DNA of 64,000 nt, taken from a virus. The number at the start of each line of letters is the position of its first letter. The stretch's first letter is position 1. Shown piece after piece: positions 8,854 to 17,555 of this stretch. Under the pieces are notes generated by a model, which saw nothing but the letters and a program-made list of their open reading frames with translations, ran no database searches and was not told the origin of the DNA. Location of the stretch: the IMG/VR virus record IMGVR_UViG_3300007513_000005, one strand, 5' to 3'. Made by a program: the position numbers and the translations under genes.

Positions 8854-9401
8854 TACTTCCCCCTGTTGCTAAAACTGTACGCCTTGAAAGCCTCATATGG
8901 GTCAGACTTTCTCTTGTCGTTGGGTGTCTTCTTTGCTTCTGGCGTTGATGGGATGTCCAACCCTGGTCTATCAGGTTTTTGTTCTTCAATGCTACCAATC
9001 TTGAATTTTTGGACCGCTGTAACAAGAGTTCTCACTCTCGATACGGGTTGTACAAGAACATTTACTTCACCTTCAGAAGTAAGAGTGAGTCCGCTCTTAG
9101 TCAGAGACTTGTACTCTTTCTTGATGAATGTTGCGATATCGGAAATCTTACCAGACACGTCATTCTCCAAAGATCCACCATAAACTTCCTTAAGTTTAAT
9201 TTCGCTTGAATAGGTGATACACAACTTGTTGCCTTCGAATTTAACCCCAAACCCATCAATAACTCTTGGATCCAGGATTGGGTCACCCTCTTCTCTCTTC
9301 AGTCCAATTTTGACTAGTTCGTCGTTTTCATCCAATGCTCCATCGTGCCCTTTTGCAAGGACTTGTGAAATACCATTAATAATTTCAAGTGTTGTTGCCA
9401 T
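8853..9401 (-). CDS. Hypothetical protein (182 aa)
   Basis: ORF coupled to both neighbours; no motif recognised. Confidence 0.75.
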   Translation of the reverse strand: MATTLEIINGISQVLAKGHDGALDENDELVKIGLKREEGDPILDPRVIDGFGVKFEGNKLCITYSSEIKLKEVYGGSLENDVSGKISDIATFIKKEYKSLTKSGLTLTSEGEVNVLVQPVSRVRTLVTAVQKFKIGSIEEQKPDRPGLDIPSTPEAKKTPNDKRKSDPYEAFKAYSFSNRGK

Positions 9402-9789
9402 TTATTTGCTCCTTTGACGGACGCCAACCAGATTCCCATCTTTCTTCTCTACCTTCGACCCACTGTATATAACAATCAAAACAACATTCAAATTTTGCCA
9501 TGTACAGGTCGTCTTTAATAGAAAAAGAATAAGAACTACAGACTGGACATTCTCGTTCGTTTTCTTTACTAAGTAGTTTTTTGCTTATCAAAAATCCTTT
9601 GTACTTTTCTTTAGAGTTTTTGGCCTGTCTGAAGGCGATCCTTTTATAAAACTCCTTCACTTCTTCAGAGTGTTTCTTTTCCTTTTCTGGAGTCCAATAT
9701 TTCTTGGGGTTTTCGATTGTCTCTTCACCCCAGCGCTTTTCAATCGCCTTCTCCAGTTTCACTACAAAGTGTGGATCCTTTTCACTCAT
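9385..9789 (-). CDS. Hypothetical protein with putative zinc finger (CPVC...CCFDC)
   Basis: Start refined to ATG 9789 (TAATG overlap with the upstream gene); Cys pairs seen in the translation. Confidence 0.7.
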   Translation of the reverse strand: MSEKDPHFVVKLEKAIEKRWGEETIENPKKYWTPEKEKKHSEEVKEFYKRIAFRQAKNSKEKYKGFLISKKLLSKENERECPVCSSYSFSIKDDLYMAKFECCFDCYIQWVEGREERWESGWRPSKEQINGNNT

Positions 9790-10259
9790 TACTTCACCAT
9801 GACAGACCAAATACTCAATACCGTTGTGGCACCAATAACAAAACCACCTGCGGTCCAGAGGTACCAATAGTTATTCGGTTTCTCTAGTGCTACCTCTTCT
9901 AATCTCTTGATTTCTTCGTTTTTTATTTTCATCATAGAAAGATGCTCGCTGTGTACAGAGGCAACTCTCGCCTGTAAAATATCAAGATTAAGTTTATACC
10001 TTGCGCCCAGTTCTTCTGATAGTTTATCCAACTTCAGTTTGCATCGCTCACCCTCTAGTTCCTTGTCGGCGACGATCTTTGCCATAGCAGTATCAGTGAG
10101 ACACCACCCATCATATGGCGCGGGTTCACCTTCATAAATCCTCAAAACACTAGGTCCAGCAATAGCGGTAGACCCAAAACTAATCAAGGTCAGATAGATT
10201 AAAAAGTTTCTCAATTTTCTCCCTAACTGCATCCGGCTCTCCATTTGTCTCTTCAACAA
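9789..10259 (-). CDS. Membrane/periplasmic coiled-coil protein (signal-like N-terminus, C-terminal TM helix)
   Basis: Signal-like FLIYLTLISFGSTAIAG, a coiled coil, and C-terminal hydrophobic WYLWTAGGFVIGATTVLSIWSV. The true start may be TTG 10214. Confidence 0.6.
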   Translation of the reverse strand: MLKRQMESRMQLGRKLRNFLIYLTLISFGSTAIAGPSVLRIYEGEPAPYDGWCLTDTAMAKIVADKELEGERCKLKLDKLSEELGARYKLNLDILQARVASVHSEHLSMMKIKNEEIKRLEEVALEKPNNYWYLWTAGGFVIGATTVLSIWSVMVK

Positions 10260-10566
10260 TTTTCTTAACTCTCTCTTTTTCTTTCTTTGATAGTGCTAAA
10301 GATTTCTGTGCGTACTTCTTCTCTAACTCTTCTATTGTAACATGATACTGTTTAACAAGTTTGTCTCTTTTTGATAATTCTTTCTTGTGGTTCTCTTTTA
10401 GAGAAACAATTTGTTTGTCATAGGAATCCTTCTTAGCTTCAAGCACATCCATCGCTGCTTCGGCATTCTTTCTAGATATAGCCCAAACAATAATAGACCA
10501 TATAACTAAAAAGGGAATCTTCCAGTTTTCCCTTAACCAGATCCATGCTAATTTTATGTGAAACAT
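10180..10566 (-). CDS. N-terminally membrane-anchored coiled-coil protein
   Basis: Hydrophobic WKIPFLVIWSIIVWAI followed by a K/E-rich coiled coil. Confidence 0.65.
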   Translation of the reverse strand: MFHIKLAWIWLRENWKIPFLVIWSIIVWAISRKNAEAAMDVLEAKKDSYDKQIVSLKENHKKELSKRDKLVKQYHVTIEELEKKYAQKSLALSKKEKERVKKIVEETNGEPDAVREKIEKLFNLSDLD

Positions 10567-10571
10567 TTTGG

Positions 10572-10772
10572 TTATTTCTTCTTACCGTGCTTCCATTGTG
10601 TTGCTAAATCAACTAAAGCCTGAGAACCAATATAGGCAAGAGTTACTGCTACCCAATCACTCGAAGTCACCGTACCGTAAACACACAAACTGGTTGCCGT
10701 AATCCAGGCAAGGAACTTGCGAGATATGAATCGCTCTGTATATTTGTCAGCAAATGATTTTAGTGCTGCCAT
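10572..10772 (-). CDS. Putative holin (66 aa, two TM helices)
   Basis: Start refined to ATG 10772 with a perfect AAGGAGG SD 8 nt upstream. An SRKF motif precedes TM1 and the C-terminus is basic (KHGKKK), as in many small holins. Confidence 0.5.
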   Translation of the reverse strand: MAALKSFADKYTERFISRKFLAWITATSLCVYGTVTSSDWVAVTLAYIGSQALVDLATQWKHGKKK

Positions 10773-10785
10773 AATATTATCCTCC

Positions 10786-13700
10786 TTAGACGCTGACATG
10801 TGCAAATCCTCTTTTCTTGTCAATAACGATCTGCGTATCCACTGCGTCTTTAAGAGTATCTAGGTGCGAAATGAGTATAACGGTCTTAAAATATGACTTC
10901 ACCATATCGATAATTCTTACAAATCCCTCCATATTATCCTCATCTAAGGCGGTTCCTGGTTCGTCCAAAATGAAGATATCTGGCTTCGGAAGACTTGATA
11001 CAGACAACAAAGATAACCTTATGGCCATTGAAGCAATCGTCTTCTCGGCACCTGAACCCATCTCTAATGGTCTGGGTTCAAACTTGGGGTGTTTAATGAA
11101 AATATCCAACTTCTTTTCTTCGTTAAGAATAAACACTTCAAAGTCAACAATACCTGTTAAAATCTTTGCAATCTCATCATTGATGACTGGTAGTCTGTTC
11201 TTAATTACGTCGTAAGAAATACCATTTGTGTGGAAACATGTCATGAAAAGTTCGTACGCCGCAAACTCAGTTCGCAATGACTCCAACTCTTCCTTGTCTT
11301 CTTGCAAGTTCTTTATTTGCTGCTCTGCAGAACCCACCTCTCTGAAGAGATTGTTTGTCTCCTTTTGGCAAGACTTGCATTCTCTACTTGCCTTGCTGGC
11401 TTCTTTTTCTAGTCTTGTCTTTTCACTAATCAGTTCCTCCAGGTTCTCAATTGCTTCCCTGTTGTCTTCGTATTCTTTAAGTTTCAATTCCAGTTTTTCT
11501 AAAATCGTTTTTTGTTTAAACAATTCACCCTTGTTCTTATCAACATTCAGCTGAGCGCTGGTAATATCTGACGACAGATTGTTTCTCTTCTCAATCAGTT
11601 GATCAAACTTCTCAACATATTCCATCACCTTAAAAGGATCTAGGGATAAAGTATCCTCCCCCAACTTGTTGAGTTTAGCGCTAATGTCCCTCATTACGTT
11701 AGATTTAACCTTTACCAGTCCCGTAGCCTCGTGTGCATCTCTTATAAACTTGCACTCTGGAAAGGAATCTCCACAAGGAACTTCAGATAATAGATCCGTC
11801 TTTCTCATCAATCTAGATTTTTCGTTAGATCTTTTCTCAAGATCTTCCAACAAAACGTCGATTTGTTTCTGGTTTGCGTCTAACCGCTCTTTCTTTTCGT
11901 GATAAGTATCGATGTCAAAGTCCGAGATAAAGACTTCGATCTTTTGAAACTTGTCTTTGCCTTCCTCGATCTTAATAAGGAGTCCTTCTGTCTCTTTTTT
12001 AAGGCCCGAAATAGCATTAATCCTGGTCTCTCTTTCCATTCTAATTTTGACGGGATCGATAATCTCTGTCGGTGCAGATTCAATCTTGTCCTGAATAATA
12101 TTGACTTCCTTCTGGATGCTCTGGGTTTGTTCTTCCAGTTCTTTGCATCGTTTTTGATTTGTCGCAAGTCTCTCATTCTTTTCGACCAAGACTTGGTTTG
12201 CCTCTTCAATTTGTTGATCAAAATCATTTCCCTCCAATCTTCGCAACGCGCCTCTGGTGTCAGCAGATTCGTCTTTTGCCATTTTAAATTTTCTATCAAA
12301 TACCTCTAAGTCTAAAAATTTAGCAAGTATTTCTTTTCTTTTTGTTGACCCCTCATTAATAAAAGTCAGAGAATCCAACTGAGATGCCATGGATGTCATC
12401 AAGAAATCTTCCAAGTTACCAAAATATTTTCTGATGTTCTTATCTGTATCTTGTCTAGATGTACCATTTAAACTTTCAACATTTCCAATTGCATCACTGG
12501 AATAGAAGTTCACATCTGTCTTAGCTTCTTCTGTCTCGATGCCTTTAAGTTTTTTAATGTACTTTTCAGACACACGTTCAATGCTCAACTCTTTATCGGC
12601 AATCTTAATTGTTGCCTTGGCAGATCCAACATCCATATTCTGATTGATCATGTTCAAATTTTTTCTGACAGATTTGGATGTAGAATTATATACAGCATAC
12701 AACAAACTATCAATAATAGAAGACTTGCCTGAGAAGTTCTTTCCGAAAATGCCTACGATACCTTCAAGCTTTGCAAAGTCTATCTTATTGTTCGCACCAT
12801 AATTGAAAAGACCATCCCACTCCAGAGACTGCATACTCCAGTTGATGTTTCTATAAACCTCCTCTGTGTCTTCAATTGTCTTGTTTAATCTAGAATTAAG
12901 GGAGATGACCTTTTCCATAACGTCATCTGTAACCTCATAATCCTCAAGATATTCTCTTATTAATTGATTTTGAACATTTATATTTCTCAAATCCTTTTGC
13001 TTGGATGCATCACTATCAACATCCAGTGCCTTACTTGCAGCACGATTTAAATAAGTTATACTCTCTGGTCTGTATTTAAACTTTGCGACGTCGACACTTC
13101 GTCGCATCACATCAAGCGAAATATTCGAATCTGCTACCAAACGTAGTCTGGACCCTTCCGAAACATCAATTTCTGGTAGTGTACCGTCCTTGTTCAGTGC
13201 GACTGTAACAAATGGTTTTGGATTTTTGAACGTTATTAACTTACAAGTAAAGTCATCCTTGTTCTCAATATCCCACAACAAATACCCTTTGTCCAGTGTT
13301 TCTCCGAAGTTTTGTTGGACTGTTGATCCAGCATATCGTATACGCCCCTGAGTGTCTAGGATTTGCGTCTTGTGGATATCGCCAAGAAAAGCAAAGTCAA
13401 ACTTATTAAAGATGCTAATATCATGATCACCTCCCAGGGTCCAATTCAAATCTGTCTTGGACCTGTCAATGGCACCGTGATAAAGTGCAATATTAACTAT
13501 ATCTTCATTTGTTGGATCAATCCAATTTTCTTCATCGAACACCGATAAAACATTCAAGCAAAACCCGCCTTCTAAGCGATGTTCTTGAGCGTCTTTGAGT
13601 AACACTATACGTTCGTTGTTTAACGCCTTCACAATGGGCGATATCGCATCCTGACGACTACTATTTTTCAGGTTTCCGTCGTGGTTTCCCAAAATTATAT

Positions 13701-13920
13701 AAGTTGGTGCGATTTTAGCAAGATTTTCAAAGAAATCTCTTGCCATGTCAACAAACTCTGGAGATATCTGCGTCTTGGTGTGTGCAATATCTCCACAATG
13801 AATAATATAGTCCACCTTCTCTTTTTTCAGAGAATCATATAATTGCTTAAATACTTCATTATATTCAAAGTGGAACTTAAGGTTGCGGATATGTGTATCC
13901 GCAATGTGAGCAAACTTCAT
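10786..13920 (-). CDS. Fused Mre11/SbcD nuclease - Rad50/SbcC ATPase (T4 gp47-gp46-like)
   Basis: N-terminal phosphoesterase motifs HIADTH, HCGDIAH, ILGNHD and LGDIH; then Walker A GKNFSGKSS, a long coiled coil, signature region MGSGAE, Walker B FILDEP and H-loop ISH, all in one ORF. Confidence 0.9.
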   Translation of the reverse strand: MKFAHIADTHIRNLKFHFEYNEVFKQLYDSLKKEKVDYIIHCGDIAHTKTQISPEFVDMARDFFENLAKIAPTYIILGNHDGNLKNSSRQDAISPIVKALNNERIVLLKDAQEHRLEGGFCLNVLSVFDEENWIDPTNEDIVNIALYHGAIDRSKTDLNWTLGGDHDISIFNKFDFAFLGDIHKTQILDTQGRIRYAGSTVQQNFGETLDKGYLLWDIENKDDFTCKLITFKNPKPFVTVALNKDGTLPEIDVSEGSRLRLVADSNISLDVMRRSVDVAKFKYRPESITYLNRAASKALDVDSDASKQKDLRNINVQNQLIREYLEDYEVTDDVMEKVISLNSRLNKTIEDTEEVYRNINWSMQSLEWDGLFNYGANNKIDFAKLEGIVGIFGKNFSGKSSIIDSLLYAVYNSTSKSVRKNLNMINQNMDVGSAKATIKIADKELSIERVSEKYIKKLKGIETEEAKTDVNFYSSDAIGNVESLNGTSRQDTDKNIRKYFGNLEDFLMTSMASQLDSLTFINEGSTKRKEILAKFLDLEVFDRKFKMAKDESADTRGALRRLEGNDFDQQIEEANQVLVEKNERLATNQKRCKELEEQTQSIQKEVNIIQDKIESAPTEIIDPVKIRMERETRINAISGLKKETEGLLIKIEEGKDKFQKIEVFISDFDIDTYHEKKERLDANQKQIDVLLEDLEKRSNEKSRLMRKTDLLSEVPCGDSFPECKFIRDAHEATGLVKVKSNVMRDISAKLNKLGEDTLSLDPFKVMEYVEKFDQLIEKRNNLSSDITSAQLNVDKNKGELFKQKTILEKLELKLKEYEDNREAIENLEELISEKTRLEKEASKASRECKSCQKETNNLFREVGSAEQQIKNLQEDKEELESLRTEFAAYELFMTCFHTNGISYDVIKNRLPVINDEIAKILTGIVDFEVFILNEEKKLDIFIKHPKFEPRPLEMGSGAEKTIASMAIRLSLLSVSSLPKPDIFILDEPGTALDEDNMEGFVRIIDMVKSYFKTVILISHLDTLKDAVDTQIVIDKKRGFAHVSV

Positions 13921-13931
13921 CTAAACTCCGA

Positions 13932-14120
13932 TTAAATGTTTACGTTTTCGTTAATGTGGGTGAATAGTCTCTCTAAGAAGTTGATCTTCTGATTTTCGTT
14001 TAATTTTTCAAACTGTTTAATTGTTTCTTCCGCCATGGAAAAACCTTCAGCACTAGTATCGAAGGATCTCTCGATCTCCTCGCTAATTAATGATTTTAAC
14101 TTTTTCTTATCAATAAGCAT
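13932..14120 (-). CDS. Hypothetical protein (62 aa)
   Basis: Small ORF filling the gap between the primase and SbcCD genes. Confidence 0.6.
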   Translation of the reverse strand: MLIDKKKLKSLISEEIERSFDTSAEGFSMAEETIKQFEKLNENQKINFLERLFTHINENVNI

Positions 14121-14123
14121 AAT

Positions 14124-15080
14124 TTAACCTCCAAAGTCAAGCTTTTGTAGTAAGTAGTCTTCTCTCGTTATAAGAGATGCACGTTTCTTGTACTCACTTA
14201 ACAGATGATCAGGGACTTCTCCCAGATCAGAATAATCATATAGTTCTATTTTACAGACTTTAACACCAAAGTCAAGTAAATTCTTAACAATTTTTAATTC
14301 TTTTTGTTTTGCATCTTGATCTAGGCAAATATATACCGTTTTACATTTTTCAACTATCTTCATAAACAACTTAGTTCGCATGTTTAGAGTTGAACCAAGG
14401 ATAGGTATACTGTTGTCATACTTCAGAGAGTCGAAAAATCCCTCGACAAGGACAACTGGTCTAGACCAATCAACGTAAATGTCATTAAATATAATATCTT
14501 TTGTACAGGGAGGGTTCCTGTATTTCAAATAGGCATCGTCGAATGATCTTGCAATATAATAATTAAGTTCCCCCTCACAGTCGAAAGAGGGTACTATTAC
14601 GCGGTTCTTATAAGGTCCGTGAAAACAAAACCCCATCTTATATAATAGGATATCAGAATAGGACACGCCCCGATCGAACAAATATTGTTTGGCACGCTTA
14701 CCAATCTGCGAAAGATTTGCAGCTGACAATGAAGTAAAGTGCTCTGGAAGATCTAGACTCTTTTCCAGCACATATGTATCCTTTGTTTTAAATAAATCAT
14801 CAAACCTGGTTATGTCTATCTGATTTACTAGGGAATTCCATCGAGATCTAAGTTCTCTATCTCTTATGAGAGATCCGAGATTATTTCCACGGAAATCACA
14901 AACCCAGCACTTAAATGCATTCTTGTTTATATTGACAGAAAGTTTTCTCTTGTGGTGCTTACACTTCGGACAATGAAACAACATCTCATCATTCGACTCG
15001 TAATATGACCCAAGACTCTGCTTTATAATGCTTAACTTTTCGCTGTACAAAGTACGTAACCCGCTTTCGCTATTACCCAA
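14124..15080 (-). CDS. DNA primase (DnaG/TOPRIM with N-terminal zinc finger)
   Basis: Zinc finger CPKC...KCWVC; TOPRIM VLVEGFFD and CLDQDA. The true start may be TTG 15050. Confidence 0.85.
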   Translation of the reverse strand: MGNSESGLRTLYSEKLSIIKQSLGSYYESNDEMLFHCPKCKHHKRKLSVNINKNAFKCWVCDFRGNNLGSLIRDRELRSRWNSLVNQIDITRFDDLFKTKDTYVLEKSLDLPEHFTSLSAANLSQIGKRAKQYLFDRGVSYSDILLYKMGFCFHGPYKNRVIVPSFDCEGELNYYIARSFDDAYLKYRNPPCTKDIIFNDIYVDWSRPVVLVEGFFDSLKYDNSIPILGSTLNMRTKLFMKIVEKCKTVYICLDQDAKQKELKIVKNLLDFGVKVCKIELYDYSDLGEVPDHLLSEYKKRASLITREDYLLQKLDFGG

Positions 15081-15562
15081 CTATCCGATTTATCCATAAT
15101 ACCTGGTTTCGGATTTCCATGTCTTGTATATTCTACTATGAAAGTAGGTTCATTTGCAACAACAAAATCAAAACTTTTTTGTTTTGAGTTTTCGCCCCTA
15201 GAAATTTTAATGCCTACCTGCTTTCTTGCTGAAGTAGCTGCAATCATTTCTGGTTTTGTTTTGAATATCTTATAACAGTGCCAGGAGACGATGCCATTAA
15301 TCCTGGACAATGTAGAGAGAGTCTGTGCTGAAGAGAAACCAGAGCGAAACGAGTGTAGTGACTGCTCTATAAACACATTGCCTATAGAGTATTCCATGGC
15401 AAGAGACCTAAGATTGTTGTGAATAAGGAGTGCTTTTTCATATATTGACGGAAACTTGTTTTTATTCCTCGTATCCCAAAACTCATTATATACACACACG
15501 CCATCATCATCAAGGACGGTCGCCCCCGTGATACTCGTTGAAACATCTAACCCTAAAATCAT
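15032..15562 (-). CDS. RuvC-like Holliday junction resolvase
   Basis: N-terminal ILGLDVSTSITG, VFIEQ and C-terminal DKSDSWVIA give the RNase H-fold acidic residues. Confidence 0.75.
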   Translation of the reverse strand: MILGLDVSTSITGATVLDDDGVCVYNEFWDTRNKNKFPSIYEKALLIHNNLRSLAMEYSIGNVFIEQSLHSFRSGFSSAQTLSTLSRINGIVSWHCYKIFKTKPEMIAATSARKQVGIKISRGENSKQKSFDFVVANEPTFIVEYTRHGNPKPGIMDKSDSWVIAKAGYVLCTAKS

Positions 15563-16230
15563 TTATTATCCAATAGGAAAGTTGCATACCCTTCTATGAG
15601 TTTACGCTTTTCTGTCTCTTCATCCATGTGGTACCATTCCCAAGCAACACTCTTTGTGATGAGTTTTACTTTTTTACTAATATTATCTATTTTACCATTA
15701 ATCTCCTCAATGTCAAGAGGAATCTCTTCTGGTATCTCTATATCCAAGAGCACTGCACATTCGACCAACTTAAAGTAATCCTCACTATCAACTGCGCTTG
15801 TGATTTTTTGAAAGATCTCCTTCTTATCATCGTCATCCTTTATTTTATCTGGATGTGTCTTATTCGCTATCTTCCTATATAAAGACTTGTACTCCTTTGG
15901 TAATGGTTTTTTGGGTGATGGTGGTGGAGTCTCAATAACCTCTTCGTGAAAATCTGGTCTTACCTTTGTTCTGCCCTTTCGATACTGTGCCTGTTGCTTT
16001 GCACGCTTTCCAGTCTTGGTCATTGGTTTTTCATTTTCTCCTGCCAATCCTGCTATTTGTTTTAATCTATGTCGAACACCCTTATTATCGACAGCATCAA
16101 TATAATCTTTAAAGTAATCCGAGAATTGAGACATTGCTTGGTTGTTTATTTTTTGGTGGATTTCCAACTTCTTAATTGCAAACTTAAGTTCATGGATCTT
16201 TAATTCAAAGATTTCAGTACCCTTCCTCAT
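15559..16230 (-). CDS. J-domain (DnaJ-like) co-chaperone protein
   Basis: YKSLYRKIANKTHPDK...KEIFQKITSA contains the HPD motif in a J-domain helix context; no Zn-finger or G/F region. Confidence 0.75.
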   Translation of the reverse strand: MRKGTEIFELKIHELKFAIKKLEIHQKINNQAMSQFSDYFKDYIDAVDNKGVRHRLKQIAGLAGENEKPMTKTGKRAKQQAQYRKGRTKVRPDFHEEVIETPPPSPKKPLPKEYKSLYRKIANKTHPDKIKDDDDKKEIFQKITSAVDSEDYFKLVECAVLLDIEIPEEIPLDIEEINGKIDNISKKVKLITKSVAWEWYHMDEETEKRKLIEGYATFLLDNK

Positions 16231-17543
16231 TAGAAGTCCATTTTGAGTTTGAAGGTATAGTCTCTATTTTCAGTTTTTCTAACTGGGTTTGCTAGTTTTG
16301 CCACGGCGATCAACCTTCTCTGGTCGTCATATATGCCGATCTTGGAAACATATGTCTGTTTATTGTATGATCCCGTTGGATCTGGATAGGGACTGTGAGA
16401 AAGTTTTTCAAACAACAAGTCATCAAACTCCTGGTATCTGGATGAACTTGTTACTGGAACTTTAGTTTGACTTTTCTTATAAACAGTTGGATTTGTCGAG
16501 TTGTTCAACTCGCCCTTTGGCATGTGCGCCATCATGGTGACAGTAGGTACATAATTCACACCCTTGAATGACATTCTAAACATCGCATTCTCTAGGATGT
16601 CTCTTGCTGGTCCACTGTCCTCGTTAGCGCCTTCAGCGAAGTCGACCCAGCGAGGCTCCTGTCCGTCATCTCCGTGGAATGTCTCAGTTTGTTGTGATAC
16701 ATCCCAACTCCCCGTTAAGGCAATAAACCCCTCATTATAGAGGACAGTGCCCACCACCTTGTTGTTGTGCTTCGCGGCATTATAAGTTCCAGAAACCTGG
16801 ATTAGTTCACCGTTCTTGTTTATGTCTCTTGCCTCTGCAGCGAGTGCACCCGTCATGAAAATCTGAAGTATTACGGACCCTTTCTTTATGCTTGATCCAT
16901 AAAATATACTTGGTATCTCCACTAGTGACATTTCCTGGTTTGCTTTGTTCCATCCATTATTGCCCATATCGTGAGACATTGATGACCTTGGATTTGTGGT
17001 ATCGTCAAATGAATAGTGGTGACTGTGTTTTACATATTCATTAAAACTATTCTTCAAGGCAACTACAAACTTCTTGTTTCTCACCATTCTATTGTAAGTG
17101 CCATGGAATCTCTCATCAGTACTAGATTCCTGTATAGCGGAGACCCCTCCCGCAATCCTAGTTCTCTTTATACTAGAGGAAAGAGGATATTGTGATTTTA
17201 CCACATCACCATAAGCAAACTGGGCAGCTGAATCAAAATCACTAGTACTGACTGTCTTGAAGGATATGCGGGCGCCGTCTTTGGTAATAAATGGATAGAT
17301 CGATGTTCCTGCTGGGGGCGCATCTGTTCCGCCAGTATTGATAGCTCTGTCTACATTTAATTCAAAGAGCGATACGAACCCCTGTTGTACTGCTAGGAGG
17401 TTTCCAAACTGACCTCCGCGAGCACCTTCGTTTTTAAAACTGTTGTAATAAACCCTAGAACCATATATGACAAAATCAGACTCTGGAAAGGTTTTTACCT
17501 GATTGTAGATTAGATCGTATTTACCAAACTTCCTAAACGGCAT
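16230..17543 (-). CDS. Putative baseplate/tail structural protein (paralog of 17556..18803)
   Basis: C-terminal YVSKIGIYDDQRRLIAVAKLANPVRK..YTFKLKMDF resembles the 'EIGLYD..G.L.AVA' motif of tail-collar/fibre-attachment (DUF3751-like) domains. Confidence 0.6.
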   Translation of the reverse strand: MPFRKFGKYDLIYNQVKTFPESDFVIYGSRVYYNSFKNEGARGGQFGNLLAVQQGFVSLFELNVDRAINTGGTDAPPAGTSIYPFITKDGARISFKTVSTSDFDSAAQFAYGDVVKSQYPLSSSIKRTRIAGGVSAIQESSTDERFHGTYNRMVRNKKFVVALKNSFNEYVKHSHHYSFDDTTNPRSSMSHDMGNNGWNKANQEMSLVEIPSIFYGSSIKKGSVILQIFMTGALAAEARDINKNGELIQVSGTYNAAKHNNKVVGTVLYNEGFIALTGSWDVSQQTETFHGDDGQEPRWVDFAEGANEDSGPARDILENAMFRMSFKGVNYVPTVTMMAHMPKGELNNSTNPTVYKKSQTKVPVTSSSRYQEFDDLLFEKLSHSPYPDPTGSYNKQTYVSKIGIYDDQRRLIAVAKLANPVRKTENRDYTFKLKMDF

Positions 17544-17555
17544 AATACACCGCCC

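Noticed and set aside
11370-11385. CKSC as the Rad50 zinc hook
   Set aside because: It lies about 850 residues in, on the returning coil arm and far from the midpoint between Walker A and B, so it is unlikely to be the apex.
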